Positions 8,223-15,897 of a stretch of DNA of 25,589 nt are shown piece after piece. Where the stretch lies: NCBI GenBank assembly GCA_017610485.1, contig JAFCBY010000034.1, positions 1-25,589 of the forward strand, in the 5' to 3' direction. Positions within the stretch are counted from its first letter, which is position 1. Each line of letters begins with the position of its first letter. The position numbers and the translations under genes were made by a program. Origin of the DNA: Candidatus Falkowbacteria bacterium (GTDB lineage Archaea; Iainarchaeota; Iainarchaeia; Iainarchaeales; GCA-2688035). Below the pieces are notes generated by a model. It was not told where the DNA came from, made no database searches, and saw only the letters and a program-made list of their open reading frames with translations.

Positions 8223-8777
8223 TCAATTCTTTTCGGCCAGCTTCCTCGAAACAAGCAGTGAAGCGATTTTTTCCGGAACTGGCACTGTCTTGTTTTGCTC
8301 AAAAGGACCGTACTCTTTCATGTCAGAGCCCATAAATGCAGGCACGTTCTGCAAGACCTTTACCAAAACCTTTCCAATGTTTTTGGGCGACTTCTTTGGG
8401 TTTCTTGCCTTCACGGAGAGTACCTGATCAAGGAATTGTTGATGCGTGTTCAGGACAGAAAGCAGTTGCTTCAGAGTTTCTGTTTCCTGCGACGCAAGCT
8501 TCACTGTTTCGAGCTCACCCGTTCTGCTTGCAATCAAAGCCTTGTTAAGAATCTTCTTTTCCCTTATCGCAAAAACCTCTGAAATTATCTTTTTCATGTT
8601 TGTGAAGCTCTTTGCCTTTGTACTTGAGAGATCGTTGAGGCTGTTGAGGTAAGCCTGCTTTTCTTTCTCGAAAAAACTCTGCAGCGAATCAAGAAAATCG
8701 TCTTCAACCTCTGCCAGCCGCGAACTGTTTTTTTCAAGCCGGTAAAGTTTCCTCAATTCGTCGTAATCAAGCCTCAT
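8223..8777 (-). CDS. DNA replication complex GINS subunit (Gins51/Gins15 type)
   Basis: YDELRKLYRLEK...DDF...REKKILNKA (A domain) and VKVLQNVPAFMGSDMKEYGPF...P..IA..LV (B domain); follows priS. Confidence 0.88.
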   Translation of the reverse strand: MRLDYDELRKLYRLEKNSSRLAEVEDDFLDSLQSFFEKEKQAYLNSLNDLSSTKAKSFTNMKKIISEVFAIREKKILNKALIASRTGELETVKLASQETETLKQLLSVLNTHQQFLDQVLSVKARNPKKSPKNIGKVLVKVLQNVPAFMGSDMKEYGPFEQNKTVPVPEKIASLLVSRKLAEKN

Positions 8778-10017
8778 TCTTGTCCACCAACACAGCTGAG
8801 CTCCTTCCAAGCAGGAAAATTGCCGCATTTAAGGGCAACTCCGCCTCCTCTTCCTTAAAGGGCCCGAAGCTCTCCCCAGCCAGATAAATGCGTGGTGCTT
8901 TAGTAATAAAAACCCTTACTGTTCCCTGATTTGAAAACGCTAGGGAATCATCAAACGGATTGAATTCCCTTAAGGAATCCCTGCTTAAGTCTGTTGAAAC
9001 AAAACCTGTTTCGCCGTGTAGGGTTTCAGGGACGCGAACAATCTTGTTGATGTCAACGCTTGTCTGCCTGTCAATGGGGGAGATTCCCGCAACAATGCTG
9101 TTCAAAAAGTGCTGCCAGAAAATGTCAGACTTTGATTCTGCCTTGCTGTTTACCCTGCCAAAGATTGACGGAATTACCTGCCTTTCCCTTATGGAATTCA
9201 AAATCACCGCCTTTTCCTTCAAAAGCTTTTTTGCCATGGCAACAGTGGTGTTTCCCATGACGGCAATCTTCTCTGCGTTGCCCTCTTCAAGAACCTTTGC
9301 CAACTTCCCAAGAATTCTCTGCGGCCACCCCCCACTGCTTCCGGACTGGCACCTAAAAAAAGTTGCCTCCTTCTGGAAGTGACTAAAGATGTTTAGGCCG
9401 TTTGCCGTCAAGTAGTCAATCAACTCAATCCTTGCAGCATGGGACAGCTGCCTCACCATATCATTCCTTACGTGAACGTGGTAGCCTGCCCTGCCACTGA
9501 AGTTGATTGCAATCCCTTCACTGAAGCCAAAGTCTTCCTCCAAAAACTTGAGCAAGGCAAAGACCCTGCTTTTTGCAGCTCCCAGGCACTCGGTGCAGAA
9601 CCACTCCTCCAGCTTTGTGGCAGAACCGCACTCGTCACATTTTAATTGCCGGCCCTTTCCCTTCCTGCCGCACTTTGGGCAAAGCCAGGAATCGTGGACT
9701 TGCTTGCAGTCTGTAAGCAGGTCGTCTGCGTCAAACTCGTAGACAAGGTCTCCTGCAAAGAACTCTTTTGCCTCCATTGGGCGCCTGGCCGGAAACTTGT
9801 ACAAAGCGTTTGAATAGCTTACAAAGAAGGGCACGCTGTTCCTGAGAAAGAGGTTGAACTCTTTCTGGTTCTGGAAGGCAAGATTCCTGTTTGCGATTTT
9901 CCTCCCAAAGATACCGTAGCCAAACTCCCTTGACAGAATTTCAGGTGGCCCCATTATTTCCCTGCCCTGGTAGAATTTCTGGAAGTGGGTCTTGAGAAAC
10001 TGCTCCTCACCTGTCAC
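8767..10017 (-). CDS. priS: DNA primase small (catalytic) subunit
   Basis: REFG, DLVYEFDAD, NFSGRAGYHVHV, IDRQTSVDINKIVRVPETLHGETG; GTG start overlaps the priL stop (GTGA). Confidence 0.95.
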   Translation of the reverse strand: MTGEEQFLKTHFQKFYQGREIMGPPEILSREFGYGIFGRKIANRNLAFQNQKEFNLFLRNSVPFFVSYSNALYKFPARRPMEAKEFFAGDLVYEFDADDLLTDCKQVHDSWLCPKCGRKGKGRQLKCDECGSATKLEEWFCTECLGAAKSRVFALLKFLEEDFGFSEGIAINFSGRAGYHVHVRNDMVRQLSHAARIELIDYLTANGLNIFSHFQKEATFFRCQSGSSGGWPQRILGKLAKVLEEGNAEKIAVMGNTTVAMAKKLLKEKAVILNSIRERQVIPSIFGRVNSKAESKSDIFWQHFLNSIVAGISPIDRQTSVDINKIVRVPETLHGETGFVSTDLSRDSLREFNPFDDSLAFSNQGTVRVFITKAPRIYLAGESFGPFKEEEAELPLNAAIFLLGRSSAVLVDKNEA

Positions 10018-11135
10018 TTTGAATCAGACTCCTTTTCGGTTTTCCCTTTGGCTTGGCTTGCAGCCTCCTTGCCTTCTTTTTCTACCTGGCTTGGGCTTGT
10101 ACCACCCTTGCTCTTATCTTCCCTTTCCACCTGACTTTGGCTTGTACCACCCTTGCTCTTATCTTCCCTTTCCACCTGACTTTGGCTTGTACCACCCTTG
10201 CTCTTATCTTCCCTTTCCACCTGACTTTGGCTTGTACCACAGCCTGGCGGGGCATAGTTTTGCTTCACTATCCTGTCAAGCTGATAGCTGGCCACCCTCT
10301 CCTTGAAGTTTGAGCTTTTCCTGAACAGGGCAAGCATCTGGGCCTTAGACATTCCCACGCTGTTTAGGAAGGTTGCAAGCGTAAAGTTTGCCATGTGCGG
10401 GATCTTTTGGCCTGAGGCAAGCTGGCCATACATTTGCGCAATGCAGGGCGGAAAGGCCTCGGGCGCAAGCTTTCCCTTGAAGGCGGCCTTGAAGAGCTTT
10501 TGCTCGCGGGCCTTTGCCTCCCCCTTCACGCCAAGCGCAATCTTCTTCAATTGTTGGGGAATTCCCTCAGTCTTGACTGGGAGCGAGGACAAAACTGTTG
10601 AGTAGGCCTTTTCCTTTAGGAAGCGGCAGAAGCCGTTCAGGTCCAAAAATACTTGGCCTTTGCTTACAAACTGGTTGACCAGCTTCAAAGAGGGGCCCTT
10701 GAAGGGAATTTTTAGGAATTCCTGCAGCGGCAGTGAAACAAGAAAGGCCTTGTTTTCCGAGAAGTCAAATGCAATGTCCAGGTCTGATGCAAGGGCAATC
10801 GCCTCCTGCTTCCCGTCCTTTGCCCTGTCAAGAAATTCAAGGCACGAATCCGCAACCATTGATGCAAGCTTTGTATACATCTGGGGCTGTCCTGCAAGGG
10901 AAACAATTATTTTTGCGACCGGAAAGGCGAGGGTTTCCTGGAGAAGCAAATCGCTGATTTTGAGTTCCGGCGCGTACTTCTTGCCGTCGAGCGCGTGCCT
11001 TACCATCAAATTGGCCCTTTCAACAACTTCCAGGGGCAGTTCCTCCAAGGAAAGGTTTTCCGCCAGAATTATTTTCCTGGCTGCACCTGTAAAAGGAAAA
11101 TGCTGCGCAAACAGCAGCTGGTCAAGCGTATGCAT
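10014..11135 (-). CDS. priL: DNA primase large subunit with aberrant repeat-containing C-terminus
   Basis: AQHFPF, ETLAFPVAKII, LVNQFVSKGQV, AFPPCI, HMANFTLATFL, YAPPGC; directly upstream of priS. Confidence 0.88.
   Translation of the reverse strand: MHTLDQLLFAQHFPFTGAARKIILAENLSLEELPLEVVERANLMVRHALDGKKYAPELKISDLLLQETLAFPVAKIIVSLAGQPQMYTKLASMVADSCLEFLDRAKDGKQEAIALASDLDIAFDFSENKAFLVSLPLQEFLKIPFKGPSLKLVNQFVSKGQVFLDLNGFCRFLKEKAYSTVLSSLPVKTEGIPQQLKKIALGVKGEAKAREQKLFKAAFKGKLAPEAFPPCIAQMYGQLASGQKIPHMANFTLATFLNSVGMSKAQMLALFRKSSNFKERVASYQLDRIVKQNYAPPGCGTSQSQVEREDKSKGGTSQSQVEREDKSKGGTSQSQVEREDKSKGGTSPSQVEKEGKEAASQAKGKTEKESDSK
10094..10240. repeat. 45-bp tandem repeat (about 3.3 perfect copies plus a degenerate partial copy to ~10073) encoding GTSQSQVEREDKSKG
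   Basis: Unit ttggcttgtaccacccttgctcttatcttccctttccacctgact recurs with period 45 (e.g. accacccttg at 10101 and 10191). Confidence 0.97.
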
Positions 11136-11199
11136 CTCTAAACCCCTAATATAAGACTGTATTGAAAGTAAATAAAAAGCAATTGAGAGCGGGCTTCCG

Positions 11200-11261
11200 G
11201 TAAACTTTTCTTTAAAAAAGAAAAGTTTGCAAAAGAAATGTTTTTCGCTTCGCGAAAAACA
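11200..11261. repeat. Two adjacent perfect inverted repeats (12-bp and 10-bp stems)
   Basis: aaacttttcttt (11202-11213)/aaagaaaagttt (11217-11228); tgtttttcgc (11239-11248)/gcgaaaaaca (11252-11261). Confidence 0.9.
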
Positions 11262-11394
11262 AGTCCAAAGCCCCGGGAGGGTTATAGCCTTGGAGTATTA
11301 CGCCCCCGCCAAGCAAAGATTTAACCGGAATTTTTTACCCGGAATAATGGGTTGGCATAAGCCGTAAACTGTTAAGTGGACTAAACGCTAGTGG

Positions 11395-11793
11395 CTATTC
11401 AAGAAATTCTTTTGTTGTAATTATCTTTATTTTTGTTTGCTCTTTCAATGCCTTGTCGTTCGACCAAATTGGAGCATTTGTTTTGAGCGCGAGAGCAAAA
11501 TACATTGTGTCCTTGGGGTCTGGTGAAAGCTTGAAAGCCTCCTCCATCTTTTCCTCAAATTCTTTCGCGGGATAAATATTTACCTCTGCTTTTTGTAGGA
11601 CTTCTGCAAGCAGCCTCCTAACTGCTTCCTTGCCGAGTTTTGTTTTCCGAGAAAGCAGGTCAAGGTATTTTGCTGTTTCCTCTAACAGGAACTCTGGCGC
11701 AATTAAGGTTAACTCGTCCGACATAAGCAGTTCTCTTGTGTCAGAATCCTTGATTAAAGCAGCCATTACAATGTTGGCATCAACTACAAGCAG
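11395..11793 (-). CDS. vapC: PIN-domain toxin (VapC-like), probable CTG start
   Basis: LLVVDANIVMAALIKDS...APEFLLEE...SPDPKDTMYFALAL...IWSNDKAL gives the PIN acidic tetrad. The first conserved Asp lies upstream of the first ATG (11766). Confidence 0.8.
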   Translation of the reverse strand: MLVVDANIVMAALIKDSDTRELLMSDELTLIAPEFLLEETAKYLDLLSRKTKLGKEAVRRLLAEVLQKAEVNIYPAKEFEEKMEEAFKLSPDPKDTMYFALALKTNAPIWSNDKALKEQTKIKIITTKEFLE

Positions 11794-11796
11794 CGT

Positions 11797-12030
11797 TCAT
11801 TTCACCAGTTTCTTGTAGTGATTTTCCCACAGTTCTTTCTTTATTTCTTTGCCAAGCCTGACAGCATCCTCTTCTGTCAATTCACTGTTTTTAAGCAAGG
11901 AATCCATTTTCTTCAAAAATTTTACCTTGTCATCAAAAGCCTTTCTGGCAACAGCGGACCAATTAATCTCCTCAAAAGAAACCATATCCTCCTTAAGCTT
12001 GTCTGGAACTACAACAGTAACATTTGCCAT
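11797..12030 (-). CDS. Ribbon-helix-helix antitoxin
   Basis: MANVTVVVPDKLKEDM..FEEINWSAVARKAF is a typical archaeal RHH antitoxin pattern; directly upstream of the PIN gene; GGTGA RBS. Confidence 0.85.
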   Translation of the reverse strand: MANVTVVVPDKLKEDMVSFEEINWSAVARKAFDDKVKFLKKMDSLLKNSELTEEDAVRLGKEIKKELWENHYKKLVK

Positions 12031-12052
12031 AAAAATCACCAAACAAATATAG

Positions 12053-12085
12053 TGTAAACACATTTTATAATATTAACTGTGTACA
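12053..12085. promoter_or_regulatory. TA promoter with candidate operator (imperfect inverted repeat flanking TATA)
   Basis: tgtaaacaca (12053-12062) and tgtgtaca (12078-12085) flank minus-strand TTATAAAA (12063-12070). Confidence 0.4.
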
Positions 12086-12165
12086 GGCTTTGAAGCCTTT
12101 TTGCAAGGCAATTCAAAAGAAGCGTAAGAACTCCGATCAAGAGCCTGGGGGGAGGGTTTTGAACC

Positions 12166-12891
12166 CTACAGTATCATGTGGGCCAGGAAGAACTCTATTT
12201 CGGCCGGGCCGATTTTGTAGGAAACGCGCATTGGGGCGTCGTTCTTCAGCTGGAGCAAAACTTTTTGGTCTGAGTTGGCCTCTTTGATGATGTTCTGCAG
12301 AAAGGTAAGGGAGTACTTGCTTACAACCTCGCCCTTGCTTTTTATGATGAGGTTTTTTGCCTGCTGCTTTGCAACGCTGTGCAGGGTCCCGCTGCTTCCA
12401 CGGGCCTCAATAGAGAGCTGTCCCTCTTTAACGCGGAGGACAACACTGCTTCCGAAGAGTGAGGCGTCCTTCAAGGCTTCCTTCAAAATGCGGGCGTTGA
12501 TTTCAACGCTTGCGTCAAACTCCTGGGAGGGCATCTTTATTTCCTCTTCCGAAACGTCAAGCAATGGCAGGGAAAAGCTTCTGCTGATGGCGCCCTCCAG
12601 GTTCAGCTTCATCTCGTTGTCCGAAAGTTTAATCAAAAGCGTGTCGTTTGGCAAAGCCCTTGACATTATCTTGTTCAGCTCCACTATGTCAAGGCCAACA
12701 AAGCTTGGCTCCAGCTCAAACTTGTCAAAGGCATTCTTCTGCATTAAAAAGTTTACCAGAACAACCTGACTTGGGTTAGTAGCTTTCAATGAGACCCCGT
12801 TGTCGTTGAAGCGAAAGTTTCCCTCGTTTATGAAGGAGGAGATTGCATCAATCGCTTTTTTCCAAGAGTCCACCTTTTTCAAAGTAAGCAT
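12166..12891 (-). CDS. pcn: PCNA sliding clamp, paralog 2 (divergent)
   Basis: KKAIDAISSFINEGNFRF..NGVSLKATNPSQVVLV, VGLDIVELNKIM, FSLPLLD, SKYSLTFL, NDAPMRVSY, EFFLAHM. Confidence 0.92.
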   Translation of the reverse strand: MLTLKKVDSWKKAIDAISSFINEGNFRFNDNGVSLKATNPSQVVLVNFLMQKNAFDKFELEPSFVGLDIVELNKIMSRALPNDTLLIKLSDNEMKLNLEGAISRSFSLPLLDVSEEEIKMPSQEFDASVEINARILKEALKDASLFGSSVVLRVKEGQLSIEARGSSGTLHSVAKQQAKNLIIKSKGEVVSKYSLTFLQNIIKEANSDQKVLLQLKNDAPMRVSYKIGPAEIEFFLAHMIL

Positions 12892-12957
12892 TTTCCAACC
12901 CAGTAATAATAGGCGCCAACTTATTTAAAACGGTTTGCAGACTTTGACATAACTTGA

Positions 12958-13320
12958 CTACTTCTTCAGCCCCTTCTTTTTCTTGAAGGGTAGGGCAATG
13001 TTGCCAAGAATCTCCTTGATTTTTTGGGCCTCGTATTCCTCAAACTGCTGGCCCTTCTCAATGTAGTGCGTAGTTACAATGCTGAGGGCATAGAGGAACA
13101 CTGTTACGCCGCTGAGGGCAAAGAAAACAGTAGCAAGCTTTGAAATGTCTGTTGTGGGCACAAGGTCACCATAGCCAATTGTGGTAAGTGTAGTAGCAGT
13201 AAAGTAGAAGGAATCCACCATGGACCAACCCTCCAGTATGTTGAACAGGACCGTTCCAAAACCAAGAATTATAAGCATCATCACGAAGATGTGCCCAATC
13301 TTTACCTTTGTCTGAAGCAT
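12958..13320 (-). CDS. Two-TM potassium channel family protein (KcsA/NaK-like, no RCK domain)
   Basis: TM1, WSMVDSFYF, pore helix TLTTIGYGD selectivity filter, TM2. Confidence 0.92.
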   Translation of the reverse strand: MLQTKVKIGHIFVMMLIILGFGTVLFNILEGWSMVDSFYFTATTLTTIGYGDLVPTTDISKLATVFFALSGVTVFLYALSIVTTHYIEKGQQFEEYEAQKIKEILGNIALPFKKKKGLKK

Positions 13321-13386
13321 TACAGATTAAAAAAAGAGAAAGGTGATTAATAAGCCTTAGCTTTCAATCTCCCAGGGAGAAAAGAA

Positions 13387-14130
13387 CTAGCTTTCAATCC
13401 TTGGGGCCAAAAAGTACTTTATTCTTGCAGAGCCGATTCCGTAGCTCACCTGGATTGGGGCGTTGTTCTTCATGTTGAGCTCAACAAGAGTCGTTGACTG
13501 TGCGGTTTTCAACATGTCCTGCAGGTAGTCCAACGGAAACATGCTCATTGTGTCCCCTTTCACGTTCAACTCAATCAGGTTCTTCTTGTCTTTCTCTGTA
13601 ACACTGTCCAAATTGCCCTTGCTGCTCTCTGCCTTCACCACAAAGTTGTCCCCGGAAACGCCCAAGGAAACGTGGCTGCTTACAAGGGACGCGTCCTTCA
13701 AGGCGTCCTGCAAAACAGAGGCCAAAAGCTTGACCTCTGCGTCAAACTCAATCTTTGGGTTTGGCAACTCGGCGGAAGAAATGTCAATTAATGGAAGGTT
13801 GAACTTTCTGGCGCTTGCACCCTTGAAGCTGACGTTCAGCCTGCTCTTGCTTTCATCCAATTCCAACGTTAATTCGTCGTCTGCCTTTGCCCTTGACATT
13901 ATCTGCCTTAGGTAGTCAAGGTCAAGGCCTATTTTGACCTTGCCCTCTGCGTTGAACTCCTTGAAGGCGCTTTTCTCAAGTACGAAGTCGACCATCGAAA
14001 TCTGGCTGGGGTCGGTTGCCTTTAACGCCATGCCGTTTTCGTCAATTACAAATTCTGCCTCGTCAATCAAAACAGCGATTGCCTCAATGCTCTTCTGGAA
14101 ATCAGCTGCTTTCTCTAGAACAAGCTTCAT
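13387..14130 (-). CDS. pcn: PCNA sliding clamp, paralog 1 (canonical)
   Basis: IEAIAVLIDEAEF, LKATDPSQISMVDF, IGLDLDYL, FNLPLID, SMFPLDYL, NAPIQVSY, KYFLAPRIES. Confidence 0.96.
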   Translation of the reverse strand: MKLVLEKAADFQKSIEAIAVLIDEAEFVIDENGMALKATDPSQISMVDFVLEKSAFKEFNAEGKVKIGLDLDYLRQIMSRAKADDELTLELDESKSRLNVSFKGASARKFNLPLIDISSAELPNPKIEFDAEVKLLASVLQDALKDASLVSSHVSLGVSGDNFVVKAESSKGNLDSVTEKDKKNLIELNVKGDTMSMFPLDYLQDMLKTAQSTTLVELNMKNNAPIQVSYGIGSARIKYFLAPRIES

Positions 14131-14202
14131 CAAAAACCCCCAATAGTAATTCTACTCAATAAGGTTTAAAATGCTATTCTGCAGGAGACTAAAATTAGAA
14201 AA

Positions 14203-14955
14203 TTAACAGAAATTCCCTTTCTTGAATTCTGCCGGCAGCTTTCCTGTTGAGAGAAGGCTTCCAAGGTCATCCAAGAGCCATAGCTTGACGCAGCCCACCA
14301 GGGGGATGTGGAGGAAGGACTTGCCCTGGAGGTTTTCAATTGGAACAGGGTAGAGCTCAATGCAGTCCTTTTGCGGCCTGCCATTGAGGATTTGGCCGCA
14401 GTCCTGGTCAACAGTACTGTTCTGCTCTGAGTCACCCTTTGTGAGCACATACCAGCCGTCCCCTGCATGAAGCTTTGCCACCGTCCTGTGAACAACAGGC
14501 TTTCTGAGGTGCGTGCTCCAGTAGACTACCACACTGCCCTCCTGTGTTATTTCAAGGCTTTGGCCTGAATCAAATTCTATTGACTGAATTTGCCTTCCAC
14601 TATAGGAGGGTGAGGCAAAGGAGGCAAGCTCTCTCTCCTGCAATGAGGGCATGCCAAGCTCGACAACAGGGCCGTCAAGGCCCTCGGCTGTGGTGCCATG
14701 CAGTATAATTATGTCACCCCTATGGTATAGGGGTTCCATTGAGGCGCTTACAACGATCATCATCGGGCTTTGTGTGCCAAGAAGCAGGCCAAGCCCGGTG
14801 TAAATCAGCCAGGCAAAGATAAAGGCGCTTGCAAGGTATACAACCCAGCCTATTGCCTCGTTTTCCTTTGGGTTTACCCTTGGCATTAGGTAGAGGTCAA
14901 CATAGGTGAAGGGGTCAAGCCACTTCAGTTTCTTGTGGATTTTTTTTAAGTCCAT
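14203..14955 (-). CDS. sec11: Signal peptidase I (S26, Sec11-type)
   Basis: TM followed by VVSASMEPLYHRGDII (catalytic Ser), VVHR (His) and TKGD. Confidence 0.88.
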   Translation of the reverse strand: MDLKKIHKKLKWLDPFTYVDLYLMPRVNPKENEAIGWVVYLASAFIFAWLIYTGLGLLLGTQSPMMIVVSASMEPLYHRGDIIILHGTTAEGLDGPVVELGMPSLQERELASFASPSYSGRQIQSIEFDSGQSLEITQEGSVVVYWSTHLRKPVVHRTVAKLHAGDGWYVLTKGDSEQNSTVDQDCGQILNGRPQKDCIELYPVPIENLQGKSFLHIPLVGCVKLWLLDDLGSLLSTGKLPAEFKKGNFC

Positions 14956-14956
14956 A

Positions 14957-15517
14957 TCATGGCCTCGTGCTTTCGCCCCTTGAAACCCCGCTTGCAACCA
15001 GGTGCGCAAGCCTTAGTGGCTCTGGAAGGTTTCCGTGCTTAGTTGTTTTAGACAGAACTGTTTTAATTGTTTTCCCGTCCCCTCCTGCTGCCTGGAAGAA
15101 AACCTTTCTCGCCTTGTGGATTGGACCGGCCTTTTCTATGAGCTTCAGTCTCTTGCCCTTGTCCTTAAAAGATGAGAGGGCAGACTCTATTTTTTCAAAG
15201 TTTGGCTTCTTTCTCTGCACTGCAATGCAGGGAATGCCCAGGTTTTTGTTGAGTTTGGGAAGGTCAACAAAGTTAAAGCCGGCAAAATTCAGCCCGTCGA
15301 GTATGAGGAACTTTACCTGCCCTTTAAACTTGCTTTTTTCAAGAAGCTTGGTTATTTTGTTTGTGCTGTCCAAGCCATCCACATTGACAGAGGTTGAGAG
15401 AATGCCCTCAATTCTGCCGTCAAGCCTGCTTACAACCCCTACAAGAATTGCTTTGCCTTTTTTCTTTGGCTTGAAAAAACCGTCGTCTACTGCCAGCACG
15501 CGAAAAAGGCCCTTCAT
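14957..15517 (-). CDS. DUF99 family protein (endonuclease V-like fold)
   Basis: RVLAVDDG, VDGLDST, ILDGLNFAGFNFVD, LPEPLRLAHLVA. Confidence 0.9.
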   Translation of the reverse strand: MKGLFRVLAVDDGFFKPKKKGKAILVGVVSRLDGRIEGILSTSVNVDGLDSTNKITKLLEKSKFKGQVKFLILDGLNFAGFNFVDLPKLNKNLGIPCIAVQRKKPNFEKIESALSSFKDKGKRLKLIEKAGPIHKARKVFFQAAGGDGKTIKTVLSKTTKHGNLPEPLRLAHLVASGVSRGESTRP

Positions 15518-15617
15518 AATTATAACAGCTCATTGAAGTTGCGAGCCAAATGCGAGCATGCACTGTCGAGCGCCTGAAAGGCATAAAGACAGTGCTCAGC
15601 CCAGCCGGCTGCTCGGC

Positions 15618-15890
15618 TTACTTTGCGGCCTTGAAGGCCTTTTCAAACTCTGAGAGCTGCTTGTCTATCTTTTTCAAAGCGTCTGCCACTGCCTTTTTTG
15701 CGTTCTTGCCCTTGGTCTTTACAACAATCTCTGCCTTGTCTCCAAGGGGATGGGGCAAAATATATGCCGCAAACTCAACGCTTGAGTCCTGCAGCAGTGT
15801 GTCCCTCAAAAGGTTTGGGAATGTGTGCCTTTCCCCCTGCAGGACAACCTGCAGTTCACTTGCCGAGTTCTTTTTTACTTCAACATCCAT
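15618..15890 (-). CDS. rpoL: DNA-directed RNA polymerase subunit L
   Basis: GERHTFPNLLRDTL...VEFAAYILPHPL; follows csl4. Confidence 0.93.
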   Translation of the reverse strand: MDVEVKKNSASELQVVLQGERHTFPNLLRDTLLQDSSVEFAAYILPHPLGDKAEIVVKTKGKNAKKAVADALKKIDKQLSEFEKAFKAAK

Positions 15891-15897
15891 AAACAAA

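Noticed and set aside
10073-10240. 45-bp repeats as a CRISPR array
   Set aside because: The units are contiguous with no spacers, are in-frame within priL, and no cas genes are nearby.
11178-11394. RNase P RNA, SRP RNA, group I intron or replication origin
   Set aside because: No GAGGAAAGUCC-type P4 strand, no SRP helix-8 motif, the GACUA/UAGUCC-like segments are in the wrong order, and no ORB-like boxes or cdc6 gene are visible.
12141-12168. Minus-strand GGGTTCAAAACCCTCCCCCCAGGC resembles a tRNA T-arm plus acceptor 3' strand (possible att-site remnant next to the TA module)
   Set aside because: No 5' half, D-arm or anticodon arm; it overlaps the pcn2 stop codon; the arm register would require C1-G72. 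More simply a terminator-like hairpin. tRNAscan/ARAGORN plus blastn against the genome's tRNAs would settle it.
13358-13399. ATTGAAAG (typical 3' end of archaeal CRISPR repeats) occurring twice on the minus strand
   Set aside because: Only 12 bp, two copies, 30-bp period; too short for a repeat-spacer unit.
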